Below are positions 1 to 11,835 of a stretch of DNA of 64,000 nucleotides, one piece after another. Every line of letters begins with the position of its first letter. The stretch's first letter is position 1. Below the pieces are notes generated by a model, which saw nothing but the letters and a program-made list of their open reading frames with translations, was not told the DNA's origin and did no database searches. A program made the position numbers and the translations under genes. The stretch spans positions 377-64,376 of the forward strand of contig JAWWBR010000004.1 of assembly GCA_033720855.1 (NCBI GenBank), read 5' to 3'. This DNA is from Alphaproteobacteria bacterium (GTDB taxonomy: Bacteria; Pseudomonadota; Alphaproteobacteria; SMXQ01).

Positions 1-507
1 GCGCTCGACGCGCGCGCCCAAAACGAGGTCGTGTTCAATTTCTACGGCGCCTTCCGGCGCGCCAAGATCCCCGTGATCGCGCCGGTGCAGGGCCGCGCGC
101 TCGGCTTCGGCTGCGCCATCGCCGCCGTTTGCGACATCACCATCGCCGCCCAAAGCGCCCGCTTTGCCCTGCCCGAGATGGGCCACAACATCATGCCGAC
201 CATGGCGATGTCGTCCCTGGTCGATCGCGTCGGGCGCAAGGGCGCCCTCTATCTCACCTACTCGACGGAGGAGATCGACGCGGCAACGGCCCTGGCCTAC
301 GGGCTGGTCAGCCGCGTGGTCCCTGACGACCGGCTCGGCGCCCAGCTGGATCAGGTTTGCGCCGCCCTCGACAAGGCACCCCTGGCGGCGGTCCTGGCGG
401 TCAAGGAATACGCCACCAACGCCATCACCATGAGCGTCGAGCAGGCGAGCGACTTCGCCCGCAACATGCACGCCGCGGTCAACACCTCGGCCGCCATGCG
501 GTCCTAG
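1..507 (+). CDS. enoyl-CoA hydratase/isomerase (crotonase) family protein, C-terminal portion (5' end lies before window)
   Basis: Reading frame open from nt 1; translation ...IPVIAPVQGRALGFGCAIAAVCDITIAA...LPEMGHNIMP... fits the crotonase-fold active-site region; stop at 505-507. Confidence 0.7.
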   Translation, partial: ALDARAQNEVVFNFYGAFRRAKIPVIAPVQGRALGFGCAIAAVCDITIAAQSARFALPEMGHNIMPTMAMSSLVDRVGRKGALYLTYSTEEIDAATALAYGLVSRVVPDDRLGAQLDQVCAALDKAPLAAVLAVKEYATNAITMSVEQASDFARNMHAAVNTSAAMRS

Positions 508-555
508 GGCCCGGCCCCACCCGATGGGCAGCCGCGGGCCAAGCGGAGGAGGCCG

Positions 556-1890
556 ATGACGGCCGCCGAAACCCTCGCCCGGCGCGTTCGGACGGTTCAC
601 TACGACGCCCTGCCCGATGCCGTCATCGAGGCCGCCAAATACGCCGTCGAGGACACCATCGCCGTCGCTCTGGCCGGCGCATCCGGCGCCAATACCGAAA
701 CCGCATTGGCCGCCATCGACGGCGCACCTGGGCCGGCGACGGTGTGGGGCCGGGGGTCGACGGCGAGCGCCCTCGATGCCGCCTTCGTCAACGCGGTTTC
801 CGCCCACGCCCTCGATTTCGACGACTGCACCACGACCATCGGCGGCCATCCCTCGGCGCCGCTCGTGCCCCCGATCATCGCCCTCGGCGAAGCGCTCGAT
901 ACCGGCGGACAGGCGATCATCGAGGCCTATGTCGCGGGGTATGAGACGCTCAGCCGTCTCGGCCGCGCGGTCATGCCCGAGCACTACGAAATCGGTTGGC
1001 ATCCTACCGCCACCCTCGGCGTCTTCGGCGCCGCCGCGGCGGCCAGCAAACTGCTCGGCCTCGGCGAAGAGGAGACGGCAGCGGCACTGGCCATCGCCCC
1101 GTCGCTTGCCGCCGGCACCAAGAAGGGTTTTGGTACCCAGCTGAAATCGCTGCAGGTGGGAATGGCGGCGCGCAACGGCCTTCTCGCCGCCCGCCTGGCG
1201 GCCGCCGGCTGCGATGCCCCGGCCGACGCCATCGAGGGCGGGTTGGGATTCTTCGCCTTGTTCAATGACGGGGCCGGCCGTGCCTCGGCCTTGGCGGGGG
1301 AGCCCGGAACGGGCTGGGCCCTGCTCGATCCCGGAATCCAGGTCAAGCAGCACCCCTGCTGCGGCAGCGCCCATGGCGCCATCGACGCGGCGATCGCGCT
1401 CCATGCCGCCCACGGTCCGATGCCGCTCGGCTCGATCGACCGCGTCATCGTCAGCGCCCATCCCCGGCGCCTCGGCCATACCGACAACCCCGCCCCACGC
1501 ACCGGCCTCGAGGCCAAGTTCAGCATGCAATTCCTGGTCGCCCTGGCGCTGGCCCGGGGGCAGGTCCGGCTTGCCGATTTCGAAGAGCCCTTCGACGGCG
1601 GCCTCTATCTCCCCTTCGCCGCCAAGCTCGAGCTGGTCGCGGCCGATATGGCGGACGAGTTCGAAGCCACGGTGGAAGTGCGGAGCGGCAGCACGACCCG
1701 CAGCGCCGCTTGCTCGACCCCTCTCGGCCGCGGTGGCGAGCGCCCGATGACGGCAGGCGAACGGGACGCCAAATTCGCCGATTGCACGGTTGCCGCCCTG
1801 CCCCAAGAGCGGGCGGCGGCGTTGCTGCAGAGCCTGCGGCGGCTCGAACGGCTGGCCCATGTCTCGGAGCTGACGGCGCTGCTGACCTAG
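556..1890 (+). CDS. MmgE/PrpD family protein (2-methylcitrate dehydratase-like)
   Basis: 444-aa ORF; GGAGGAGG RBS 6 nt upstream of ATG; MmgE/PrpD-like N-terminal (EAAKYAVEDTIAVALAG) and C-terminal domains. Confidence 0.85.
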   Translation: MTAAETLARRVRTVHYDALPDAVIEAAKYAVEDTIAVALAGASGANTETALAAIDGAPGPATVWGRGSTASALDAAFVNAVSAHALDFDDCTTTIGGHPSAPLVPPIIALGEALDTGGQAIIEAYVAGYETLSRLGRAVMPEHYEIGWHPTATLGVFGAAAAASKLLGLGEEETAAALAIAPSLAAGTKKGFGTQLKSLQVGMAARNGLLAARLAAAGCDAPADAIEGGLGFFALFNDGAGRASALAGEPGTGWALLDPGIQVKQHPCCGSAHGAIDAAIALHAAHGPMPLGSIDRVIVSAHPRRLGHTDNPAPRTGLEAKFSMQFLVALALARGQVRLADFEEPFDGGLYLPFAAKLELVAADMADEFEATVEVRSGSTTRSAACSTPLGRGGERPMTAGERDAKFADCTVAALPQERAAALLQSLRRLERLAHVSELTALLT

Positions 1891-1981
1891 CGCCACCTCG
1901 GCCAACCGGCGCGCAAGCTTGGCCATCGGCGCAAATTTCCGCTAACCTTTCCGTCCAAACCGCATCTCGGGGGGACGAGGC

Positions 1982-2839
1982 ATGACAATCAAGCGCGTGC
2001 TGGTGCCGCTGTCGAGTGAGGTAAACCTTGAATGCGCGCTGAGCTCCGGCCTCCTCATCGCCCAGGAGTTCAACGCCCATCTCGACGCCGTCTTCTATAA
2101 GTTCCCGTTGGGCGGGCACCTCCCCTTCGAGAGCGCCGAGGGGCTGTCGGGGGCGGTCATAGACGAGCGCATCAACGAGCAGGACGACATCGCCCTGCAA
2201 TGCCGCCAGCATTTCGAATCCGCGCTGGAGCAAAGGAAAATCGATCAGCTCGACGCCCCCTTGCCGGCGTCGCGGCCGAGCGCCGCCTGGCGCGTCGTCG
2301 ATGAGACGCCTTATTTCGGCGTCGTGCAGGCCGGGGGCGGTTACGACCTGATCGTCATCGGCCGCCACAAACTCAATCCTCAGCGCACCCCCCGGGAGCT
2401 TCTCGAGCCGGCCTTGTTCCAAAGCGGCCGCCCGGTCCTTGTCGCCCCGCCGAACACGCCGCGCTCCACCGGAAGCGTCGTCCTCGCCGCCTGGAACCGC
2501 AGCGCCCAGTCGGCGCGCGCGGTCTCCGCCGCCGCGCCATTCTTCGAGCTGGCGCAGAAGGTCATCGTCTTTGCCGTCACCACCGGCGCGAAACGGGGGC
2601 CCGAGGCCGGCGAGATCGGCCGGTACCTGGACTGGCACCAGATCCGGAACGAGGTCGTCGAGATCCCGCCCGACCACCGCCCGGTCGGCGAGGCGATCCT
2701 CGACGAGGCCAAGGAGCGGGGTGCGGACCTGATCGTCATGGGCGTCTACTCCCACAGCCGGCTGCGCGAGCTGCTGCTGGGCGGCGTCACCAAATACATC
2801 CTCGAACACGCCGATCTGCCGGTGCTGATGATGCGCTAA
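1982..2839 (+). CDS. universal stress protein (tandem Usp domains)
   Basis: 285 aa; C-terminal ADLIVMGVYSHSRLRELLLGGVTKYILEHADLPVLMMR is the classic UspA ATP-binding motif region; two Usp-like halves. Confidence 0.8.
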   Translation: MTIKRVLVPLSSEVNLECALSSGLLIAQEFNAHLDAVFYKFPLGGHLPFESAEGLSGAVIDERINEQDDIALQCRQHFESALEQRKIDQLDAPLPASRPSAAWRVVDETPYFGVVQAGGGYDLIVIGRHKLNPQRTPRELLEPALFQSGRPVLVAPPNTPRSTGSVVLAAWNRSAQSARAVSAAAPFFELAQKVIVFAVTTGAKRGPEAGEIGRYLDWHQIRNEVVEIPPDHRPVGEAILDEAKERGADLIVMGVYSHSRLRELLLGGVTKYILEHADLPVLMMR

Positions 2840-2961
2840 GGGGGCGCGCCGCACCGGTGCGGGGGCCTCGGCACCTCCGGCAAAGGCAAATCTCGCTTTG
2901 TCGAGGGCCGGGCGGATCAACTATGATCCCGACAGCACCCAAGGCCACCGGGAGAAGAGGC

Positions 2962-3744
2962 ATGGCGATCACCGAACATGGGGAAAGCGCGCGGTCGGTC
3001 CGCGACAGCGTCAGCGCGGACGAATGGGAGACGCGGGTCAACCTGGCCGCCGCCTTTCGCATCGCCTATCACCTGGGGTGGAACAACCGTCTGGTCAACC
3101 ACATCACCGCCCGGGTGGCGGGGGAGCCCGAGCATTTCCTGATGAACCCCCATGGCCTCGGCTGGCACGAGGTCACGGCCTCGAGCTTGGTCAAGGCGGA
3201 CTTCGACGGCAATATCGTGAGCGACGGGGCGGCCGAGCTGGCCCCGGCGGGGCTCAATTTCCACAGCGCCATCCTCAAGGCCAAGCCGGATCTTGCCTGC
3301 GTCTGCCACACCCACCCGACCGCGGGGGTGGTGATCTCGGCCACCCGCTGCGGCCTCAAGATCCTCGACCAGACCGGCTGCCAGCTCCACGGCGAGGTCG
3401 CCTATCACGCTTTCGAAGGCTACGCCAGCGACGCCGACGAGGCACCGCGCATCGTCGCCGACCTCGGCGACCGCAAGGCGATGATCATGTGGAACCACGG
3501 GCTGCTCACCGTCGGGCGCACCATCGCCGAGGCCTTCAGCTACATGCGCCGGCTGATCGGCGCCTGCGAGCTGCAGGAACGCGTGATGGCGATGGGCACC
3601 GAGATCCGCGAGATCCCGGAGGACGTGCTCGATTTCACCAAGGCCCAGGTCGAGGCGCGGCGCCCCAACCAGCCTTTGGGCGGGCCCGAATGGCAGATGA
3701 ACCTGCGCCTCGCCGACCAGCTCTATCCCGATTACAAGACCTGA
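2962..3744 (+). CDS. class II aldolase/adducin N-terminal domain family protein
   Basis: ORF 2857-3744; start chosen at ATG 2962 preceded by GGAGAAGAGG; sequence ...HTHPTAGVVISATRCGL... with metal-binding His typical of class II aldolase/adducin fold. Confidence 0.8.
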   Translation: MAITEHGESARSVRDSVSADEWETRVNLAAAFRIAYHLGWNNRLVNHITARVAGEPEHFLMNPHGLGWHEVTASSLVKADFDGNIVSDGAAELAPAGLNFHSAILKAKPDLACVCHTHPTAGVVISATRCGLKILDQTGCQLHGEVAYHAFEGYASDADEAPRIVADLGDRKAMIMWNHGLLTVGRTIAEAFSYMRRLIGACELQERVMAMGTEIREIPEDVLDFTKAQVEARRPNQPLGGPEWQMNLRLADQLYPDYKT

Positions 3745-3766
3745 GCCGGGGCCGCCCGCGCCGGGC

Positions 3767-5233
3767 CTAGATGCCCTCCTCGGCGATCACCTTGGCGGCC
3801 TCCGCCTCGACCGCGGTGCCCTTGAAGAAGTCGCGATTGAGGGCGGCGTGCAGCCTGACCATGTTGGTGAAGGTGAAGTCGCGGAAATCGTCCTCCGAGA
3901 TCATCCCGTCCTCCACCAGCTCGTAGGATTCGGCCAAGGTCTCGGTCATGTCCGGAACGTCCCAATGGGAGACATCTGAGGAGAACAGCGCCCGCAGCTT
4001 GGCGCCGCCGTGGTTGCACCTGGTGTCGAAGGCATGGGCGATGGTGCGGTCGTCGGCCTCGCAGCCGAAGAAGAAGCGGGGCACGAAGAGCTCGAAAAGA
4101 TCGTCTTCGCTCTCGATACCCGCGAGCGCCCAGTCATCGATGCAATCGACATCCGGCATCAGGCCGGGCCGGGCGCCGGGCACGTTGTCCTTCTCCTTGA
4201 AGCGGTCGATATAGGGCGCGTATTCCTCGCCGCCGTATTTCTCCATCAGCTCGGCCAGCAGCGGCCGGTCGATCTGGCGCGGGTCGAGCCACTCGCTGAG
4301 CGCCTTGATGTTGCGCTTCTCCCAGTGCTCGTAAAGGTCGTTATAGAGCGACACCGCCCAATTGACGCCACCCTCCAGCATGCAGAACCGCAGTTCCGGG
4401 AAACGGCGGGTGACGCCGCCCAGGAACAAGGCCTTGCAGAACGCCTCGCCGGCGGCGGCGAAGGCGCCGACGTGATTGTAGGTGTAGCTGGTGACGCTGT
4501 TGCGCGCGCCCCAGCGCTGGCCCGAGGCATGGCTGGTGGGCGAGACCTTGAGTTCGACGCATTTCCGCCACAGCGGGTCGTAGTCGTAGGCGCTGTCCAG
4601 CGCCAGGGAATCGACCCATTGCGAATAGCGGGCGAGGTCCGGCGCCTCCTCGGCGATGACCGGCACCGGCCGGGTCACGACGCCGTCGATCATGATCGCC
4701 TTGTAGCCGAGCTCGCCGACGCAGAACTCGAGCTCGGCGATGGCCTCCTCCGGCGTATGCATGGGGATGACGGCCGCCGGCGTCATGCGGTCGGCATGGC
4801 GGGCGAAGCGGTCCCAGTTCATCAGATTGACGGCGCGGCAGCCGGCGCGGCGGATCTCGTCGTCCGGTTCGCCGATCAGGTGAAATTGCGAGGTATAGAC
4901 GACGGCGTAATCGATGCCGATGTCGTCGAACCGGGCGCGGAACAGGTCCGGCAGCATGGCGGTGGCGAGATCGACGGTGTTCTTGGCCGGCATGGTCCAG
5001 AACGGCGGCCGGCCGATGCGCTTATAGGCACGCTCCTCGGCGTTGGACGAGTGCCAGGCGCGGCGGAGACGGCGGCCGACATAGGTGTCGGTCAGTTCCG
5101 GGCCGGCGACCTCGCGGAAATATTCGATCACCTCCGGGTGATATTCCTGGGTGTGGCCGTCGCCGTCTATGACCGGATGACGGAGCTTTTCGCGCACCTG
5201 ACGGGAACGGGATTCACGTTCATCCCACGGCAT
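3767..5233 (-). CDS. amidohydrolase family 2 (PF04909-like) metal-dependent hydrolase
   Basis: ORF 3767-5269; start set at internal ATG (MPWDERE...) 7 nt after GGAGGG; amidohydrolase-2 type TIM-barrel motifs (HxH...D), paralogous to CDS 61880-62929. Confidence 0.75.
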   Translation of the reverse strand: MPWDERESRSRQVREKLRHPVIDGDGHTQEYHPEVIEYFREVAGPELTDTYVGRRLRRAWHSSNAEERAYKRIGRPPFWTMPAKNTVDLATAMLPDLFRARFDDIGIDYAVVYTSQFHLIGEPDDEIRRAGCRAVNLMNWDRFARHADRMTPAAVIPMHTPEEAIAELEFCVGELGYKAIMIDGVVTRPVPVIAEEAPDLARYSQWVDSLALDSAYDYDPLWRKCVELKVSPTSHASGQRWGARNSVTSYTYNHVGAFAAAGEAFCKALFLGGVTRRFPELRFCMLEGGVNWAVSLYNDLYEHWEKRNIKALSEWLDPRQIDRPLLAELMEKYGGEEYAPYIDRFKEKDNVPGARPGLMPDVDCIDDWALAGIESEDDLFELFVPRFFFGCEADDRTIAHAFDTRCNHGGAKLRALFSSDVSHWDVPDMTETLAESYELVEDGMISEDDFRDFTFTNMVRLHAALNRDFFKGTAVEAEAAKVIAEEGI

Positions 5234-5429
5234 TCTCGAGCCCTCCTGCTGTTCCGACGGACCGGGCATCCGGCCCGATCCGGTTTTCCTGAATCTTTAT
5301 CATCTGCGCGCGTCCACCGCCAGGGTTTCGCCCCGCGGGGCCGCCGCCGCGCCGTTGCCCCCGACGGGGGATGGAAAAAGGATGCGGGAAATGCCTAAGA
5401 TGACCCATTCGCTAAACAGGGAGGCTCAC

Positions 5430-6728
5430 ATGCAACGCTTGATCACGCCAGTCATCGCCGGCCTGGCTGCCATCACCATCGCCGGCGGGCACGCCCCGGT
5501 GGCGACGGCGGAAACCGATGCCGAGTTCTACAAGAACCGCCGCCTCACCTTCCACGTCGGCTTCGGCGTCGGCGGCGGCTACGACGCCTATACCCGGGCG
5601 GTGGCGCGCCACCTGGGCCGCCACATCCCCGGCAACCCCACCTTCATCGTCAAGAACCGGCCCGGAGCCGGCAGCCTGCGTCTGACAAACGAGCTTTACA
5701 ACGTCCTGCCCCAGGACGGCAGCGCCATCGGCATGATCTCGCGCGGGGTCTCGATGGAGGTCCTGTTCGGCAACAAACAGGCCAAGTTCGATCCCACCAA
5801 ATTCAACTGGATCGGCAGCACCAACAACGAGGTGAGCGTCTGCGTCGCCTGGCAAACCACCGGGATCGATACCCTCGAGAAGCTCTTGACCGGCAACGTG
5901 GTGATCGGCGCGAGCGGCCCCGGTTCCGACACCACGCTGTTCGCCAAGTCGCTGAATAACGTCACCAAGGCCAACATGCGGATCATCATCGGCTATCCCA
6001 CGGGCACGGCGATCAACGTCGCCATGGAGCGCGGCGAGGTGCAGGCCCGCTGCGGCTGGTCCTGGTCTTCGGCCAAATCCACCCATCCCCACTGGCTCAA
6101 GGAGAACAAGGTCAATTTGCTCCTGCAATTGTCGACCTCCAAGCACCCCGAGCTCACCGCCAAGGGGGTGCCGTGGATCATGGATCTCGCCAAGACGGAA
6201 CGCGACCGCAAGGTCCTGACCCTGATCTTCGCGCGCCAGGCCATGGGGCGGCCGATCCTGGCCGGGCCCGGCGTACCCGACAGCCGCGTCGCCATCCTGC
6301 GCAATGCCTTCACTGCGACCATGAAGGACCCGAAGTTCCTCGAGGAAGCACGCAACCGCAACCTCGAGCTCGAACCCATGGGTGGGACCGAGCTTCAGGC
6401 CCTGATCACCGAAATCATGGCGACGCCGCCCGACATCGTTCAGGCGGCCAAGGAAGCCCTGCACAAGACCGAGGGCATGTTCATCGCCAAGGCCAAGGTC
6501 CAGTTCATCAAGCACACCGGGCCGGTCAGCAAGATCAAGCGCGGCGGCCGCCGGGTCTGGATCAAATACAAGGGCAAGGAGGTCCGGGCCAAGATCTCCG
6601 GCTCCCGCACGACGGTGACCATCGGCGGCAAGAAGGTCAAGCGCAAGGCCATCAAGGTCGGCATGACCTGCACCTTCACCTATCCCGGCGCCGGGCAGGA
6701 GGCCAAGCGGGTCGACTGCAAGGGCTGA
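5430..6728 (+). CDS. Bug/TctC family (tripartite tricarboxylate transporter) periplasmic solute-binding protein with Lys-rich C-terminal extension
   Basis: ORF 5355-6728; start at MQRLITPVIAGLAAITIAGG (signal peptide) after GGGAGG RBS; FYKNRRLTFHVGFGVGGGYD and NWIGS motifs typical of Bug family; extra ~95-aa K/R-rich tail ending ...GMTCTFTYPGAGQEAKRVDCKG. Confidence 0.8.
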   Translation: MQRLITPVIAGLAAITIAGGHAPVATAETDAEFYKNRRLTFHVGFGVGGGYDAYTRAVARHLGRHIPGNPTFIVKNRPGAGSLRLTNELYNVLPQDGSAIGMISRGVSMEVLFGNKQAKFDPTKFNWIGSTNNEVSVCVAWQTTGIDTLEKLLTGNVVIGASGPGSDTTLFAKSLNNVTKANMRIIIGYPTGTAINVAMERGEVQARCGWSWSSAKSTHPHWLKENKVNLLLQLSTSKHPELTAKGVPWIMDLAKTERDRKVLTLIFARQAMGRPILAGPGVPDSRVAILRNAFTATMKDPKFLEEARNRNLELEPMGGTELQALITEIMATPPDIVQAAKEALHKTEGMFIAKAKVQFIKHTGPVSKIKRGGRRVWIKYKGKEVRAKISGSRTTVTIGGKKVKRKAIKVGMTCTFTYPGAGQEAKRVDCKG

Positions 6729-6749
6729 TCCCGGCCGGTCCTCATGAAA

Positions 6750-6779
6750 GCGCCCCCCTCTCGGGGGCGTTTTCTTCTA
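6750..6779 (+). terminator. Rho-independent terminator after Bug SBP gene
   Basis: CGCCCCC-ctctc-GGGGGCG hairpin followed by TTTTCTTCT. Confidence 0.55.
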
Positions 6780-6839
6780 TGCCCGCGGAGTGCTAGCCTC
6801 GCGCGGATTGGCAACGAGGCTGTATCGGGGAGGGCTGTC

Positions 6840-7619
6840 GTGGAGCTTGGAATTGCGGGCCGATGGGCCCTGGTCACGGGTGCGTCGCGCGGTATCGGCC
6901 GCGCCATCGCCAAGACGCTGGGGGCGGAGGGCTGCAACCTTCATCTTGCCGCCCGCAGCGCCGAAGGCCTCGCCAGCGCGGCCGAAGAGATCACCGCGGC
7001 GGGCGGCGTCGAGGTCGCGATCCATCCCCTTGATCTCTCGCAGCCCGAGGCGGTCGCGGCCTTGGGCGAAGCCTGCGCCGAGGTCGATATCCTGGTCAAC
7101 AATGCCGGCGACATTCCGGCAGGCACCCTCGAGGGCATCGACAGCGCCACCTGGCGGCGGTGCTGGGACCTCAAGGTCTACGGCTATGTCGATCTCACCC
7201 GGGCCATCCTGCCGCGCATGCAGGCGCGGAAAAGCGGGGTCGTCGTCAACGTCATCGGCGCCGCCGGCGAGGCCCCCAATCCCAACTACGTCGCCGGCTG
7301 CATGGGCAACGCCGCGCTGATGATGTTCACCCGGTGTTTGGGGGGCGACAGCATCGGCCACGGGGTGCGCGTGGTCGGCGTCAATCCGGGGGCGACCATG
7401 TCAGACCGGCATCTCGCCCATGTGCGGGCGCGCGCCGAACGGGTGCTGGGCGATGCCGAGCGCTGGCCCGAGCTGGAAACGCGCCTGCCGTCGGGGCGTT
7501 CCACCCGGGTCGAGGAGATCGCCGATACGGTCGCCTTCCTCGCCTCCGACCGCGCCTCGCATATCACCGGGACGACGCTCAGGGTCGACGGCGGCGTCCA
7601 CAGCCACTACTGGCGCTGA
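6840..7619 (+). CDS. SDR family oxidoreductase
   Basis: ORF 6744-7619; start set at in-frame GTG 6840 after GGGGAGGG; TGASRGIG Rossmann motif near N-terminus, YxxxK/NAG motifs. Confidence 0.8.
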   Translation: MELGIAGRWALVTGASRGIGRAIAKTLGAEGCNLHLAARSAEGLASAAEEITAAGGVEVAIHPLDLSQPEAVAALGEACAEVDILVNNAGDIPAGTLEGIDSATWRRCWDLKVYGYVDLTRAILPRMQARKSGVVVNVIGAAGEAPNPNYVAGCMGNAALMMFTRCLGGDSIGHGVRVVGVNPGATMSDRHLAHVRARAERVLGDAERWPELETRLPSGRSTRVEEIADTVAFLASDRASHITGTTLRVDGGVHSHYWR

Positions 7620-7649
7620 CCGGGGGGCGGTCCCCCTCGGAGCCGGCGC

Positions 7650-8921
7650 CTAATTGCGGCAGTTGAGCTTGGTCGCCTCGCTGCCCGAGCCCTCGTACTC
7701 CATCTCGCAGGTCATCCCCACCATGGTCGCCCCGCGCTTGGCCTTCTTGCCGTCGATGGTGATCTTGGTGCGCCTGCGGTGGACCAGGGCCTTGACCGTC
7801 TTGCCGCCCTTTTCCTCCAGGGTCAGCCGGCTGCCCTTCTTGTTGCGCTTGACGATCTTGGCGGTGGTGGTGACGAGGACGATCTTGCGTTTCTTCAGCT
7901 TGCCGACCTTGGCCGCCTCTTTGGCCTTCGCCTTGAGGTCATCGGAGAGATCGAAGGCCGAGGCGATCAGGGCCTGCAGGTCCTCGCCCGACATCGGGCG
8001 GAAGCGCATCTTCTTTTTCTTCACCTCGGCCAGCAGCGCCGGATCGCGCGTCATCTCCATGAAGGCCGCCCGCAGCGCCGCGACCCGTCCCTTGGGGATG
8101 CCCGGCGGCGCCACCACCGACCGCCCCACTGTGACGTAGGAAGAGAAGAAGTTGATGAGCCGCTTCTGCTCGGGGGTCTTGGCGTATTCGATGATGCTGG
8201 GGATGTCCTTCAGGCTCGGCAGCCGCTTCACCGGGATTTGGTAGAGCACCTTGAAGTTGTTGCGCTGGATCCAAGGCTTGTGCACCGACCAGATGATGCT
8301 TTGCAGGCCTTCCACCTCGCCCCGTTCCACCGCCAGGCGGATGCCGGAACTGCCCTTGTAGCCGGATATCAGCTTGAATTTCGCGCCCAGCACGTTGTTG
8401 ACCACGGTCAGCATCATGGTCGTGGCCGAGCCGGCGCCGGGAACGCCGACAAGGACCTGCTTGCGCCTGACATCGTCGAAGGAGTTCACGCCCGCCGACG
8501 GCCGGACGACGAAGATGGTATCCCCATCCGTGAGCCGACCCAGCCAGTTGAACTTGGTCGCCACGAAACGGATATTCGGCTTCTCCACCAGTTCGAGGAG
8601 GTGGAGGTTGTTGCCGATCATGCCGATCACCGTACCGTCCTGGGGCAGGCTGGAATAGAGCTCGTTGGCAAGCCGCAGGCTGCCGGCCCCCGGCCTGTTC
8701 TTGACGATGACGCCGGGTTGGCCGGGAATGTGCTTGCCCAGATGCCGCGCCGCCAGGCGGCTATAGGTGTCGTAGCCGCCGCCCGGGCTGTAGCCGACAT
8801 AAAAGGTCACCTTCTTGCCCTTGTAGAAATCCGCCTCGGCGGCGGTGGCTGTCTGGGGCAGACCCGACAGCAGCGCCAGCGCACATGCCGCCGCCCATCC
8901 AGTGGTTCCCGCTCTGGTCAT
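7650..8921 (-). CDS. Bug/TctC family periplasmic solute-binding protein with Lys-rich C-terminal extension
   Basis: ORF 7650-9062; start at MTRAGTTGWAAACALALLSG (signal peptide) preceded by GGAGG; FYKGKKVTFYVGYSPGGGYD Bug motif; tail ...KITIDGKKAKRGATMVGMTCEMEYEGSGSEATKLNCRN. Confidence 0.8.
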   Translation of the reverse strand: MTRAGTTGWAAACALALLSGLPQTATAAEADFYKGKKVTFYVGYSPGGGYDTYSRLAARHLGKHIPGQPGVIVKNRPGAGSLRLANELYSSLPQDGTVIGMIGNNLHLLELVEKPNIRFVATKFNWLGRLTDGDTIFVVRPSAGVNSFDDVRRKQVLVGVPGAGSATTMMLTVVNNVLGAKFKLISGYKGSSGIRLAVERGEVEGLQSIIWSVHKPWIQRNNFKVLYQIPVKRLPSLKDIPSIIEYAKTPEQKRLINFFSSYVTVGRSVVAPPGIPKGRVAALRAAFMEMTRDPALLAEVKKKKMRFRPMSGEDLQALIASAFDLSDDLKAKAKEAAKVGKLKKRKIVLVTTTAKIVKRNKKGSRLTLEEKGGKTVKALVHRRRTKITIDGKKAKRGATMVGMTCEMEYEGSGSEATKLNCRN

Positions 8922-9030
8922 GACATTGCCTCCTCGATGGTTGTTCTTGCTGTCCCGTGGTTCGGGCTCTCGGTCGGCGTAGTTTCGCGCGCCTGACCGT
9001 TCAACGCAATCGGGAGTTAGCGCAGACCCG

Positions 9031-9087
9031 CGGCACGAAACAGCGCGGCCCCGAAACCCCAACCAGAGGTCGGGACTTCGGGGCCGC
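9031..9087 (-). terminator. putative terminator downstream of katG
   Basis: 11-bp GC stem GCGGCCCCGAA/TTCGGGGCCGC (9045-9087) followed on minus strand by GCUGUUUCGUG. Confidence 0.45.
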
Positions 9088-9172
9088 CTGTTAGGTCACT
9101 GAGCGGTTACACCGGGACGCGGGGGGCTCGGTCTCGGGCGACCGATCAACACCCGAGGACCGTGGGCCGGGA

Positions 9173-11440
<2,268 letters not shown>

Positions 11441-11620
11441 TCATTCGGCAATCGCTCTGGATCACGTATACGTATGCCGAAACGCCGTCTCTTCAAGCTC
11501 CCTTTGGCTGGCGGAACCCTTTGGCGGCATGGTGCGGCGGGGCCAAATAGGAGCTGTCGGAGCAAAGCGCTGAATACCGTCCTCAATACGCGGTCGATAC
11601 CGGTCCGGATTTCCGAATTC

Positions 11621-11646
11621 AAAAAATTTTTGCGCGTTTCGCAAAA
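11621..11646 (-). terminator. putative Rho-independent terminator for upstream bPH-domain gene
   Basis: TTTTGCG-cgttt-CGCAAAA hairpin followed on minus strand by AUUUUUU; unusually AT-rich. Confidence 0.4.
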
Positions 11647-11835
11647 CCTCTACAATCCCGGCGGTCGCATGCAGGCGCCGGTTTAGCGGCTATTCCGAAC
11701 ACGGATGAGACGCCGCCATGAGAGATCCATGACATTTTGCAAAGGCCCAGGTTTGCGCCACCGCTTCCCCGCGGCCGTAGGATGCCCCGCCGATCGCGGC
11801 GCCAGCGGCGGGGGAAGGCGGCGAATGCCCCGTCG

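Noticed and set aside
2850-2863. Perfect 14-nt palindrome CCGCACCGGTGCGG after the usp gene
   Set aside because: It is short and GC-rich with no U-tract. It is plausible as a weak terminator stem but indistinguishable from chance in 68% GC DNA.
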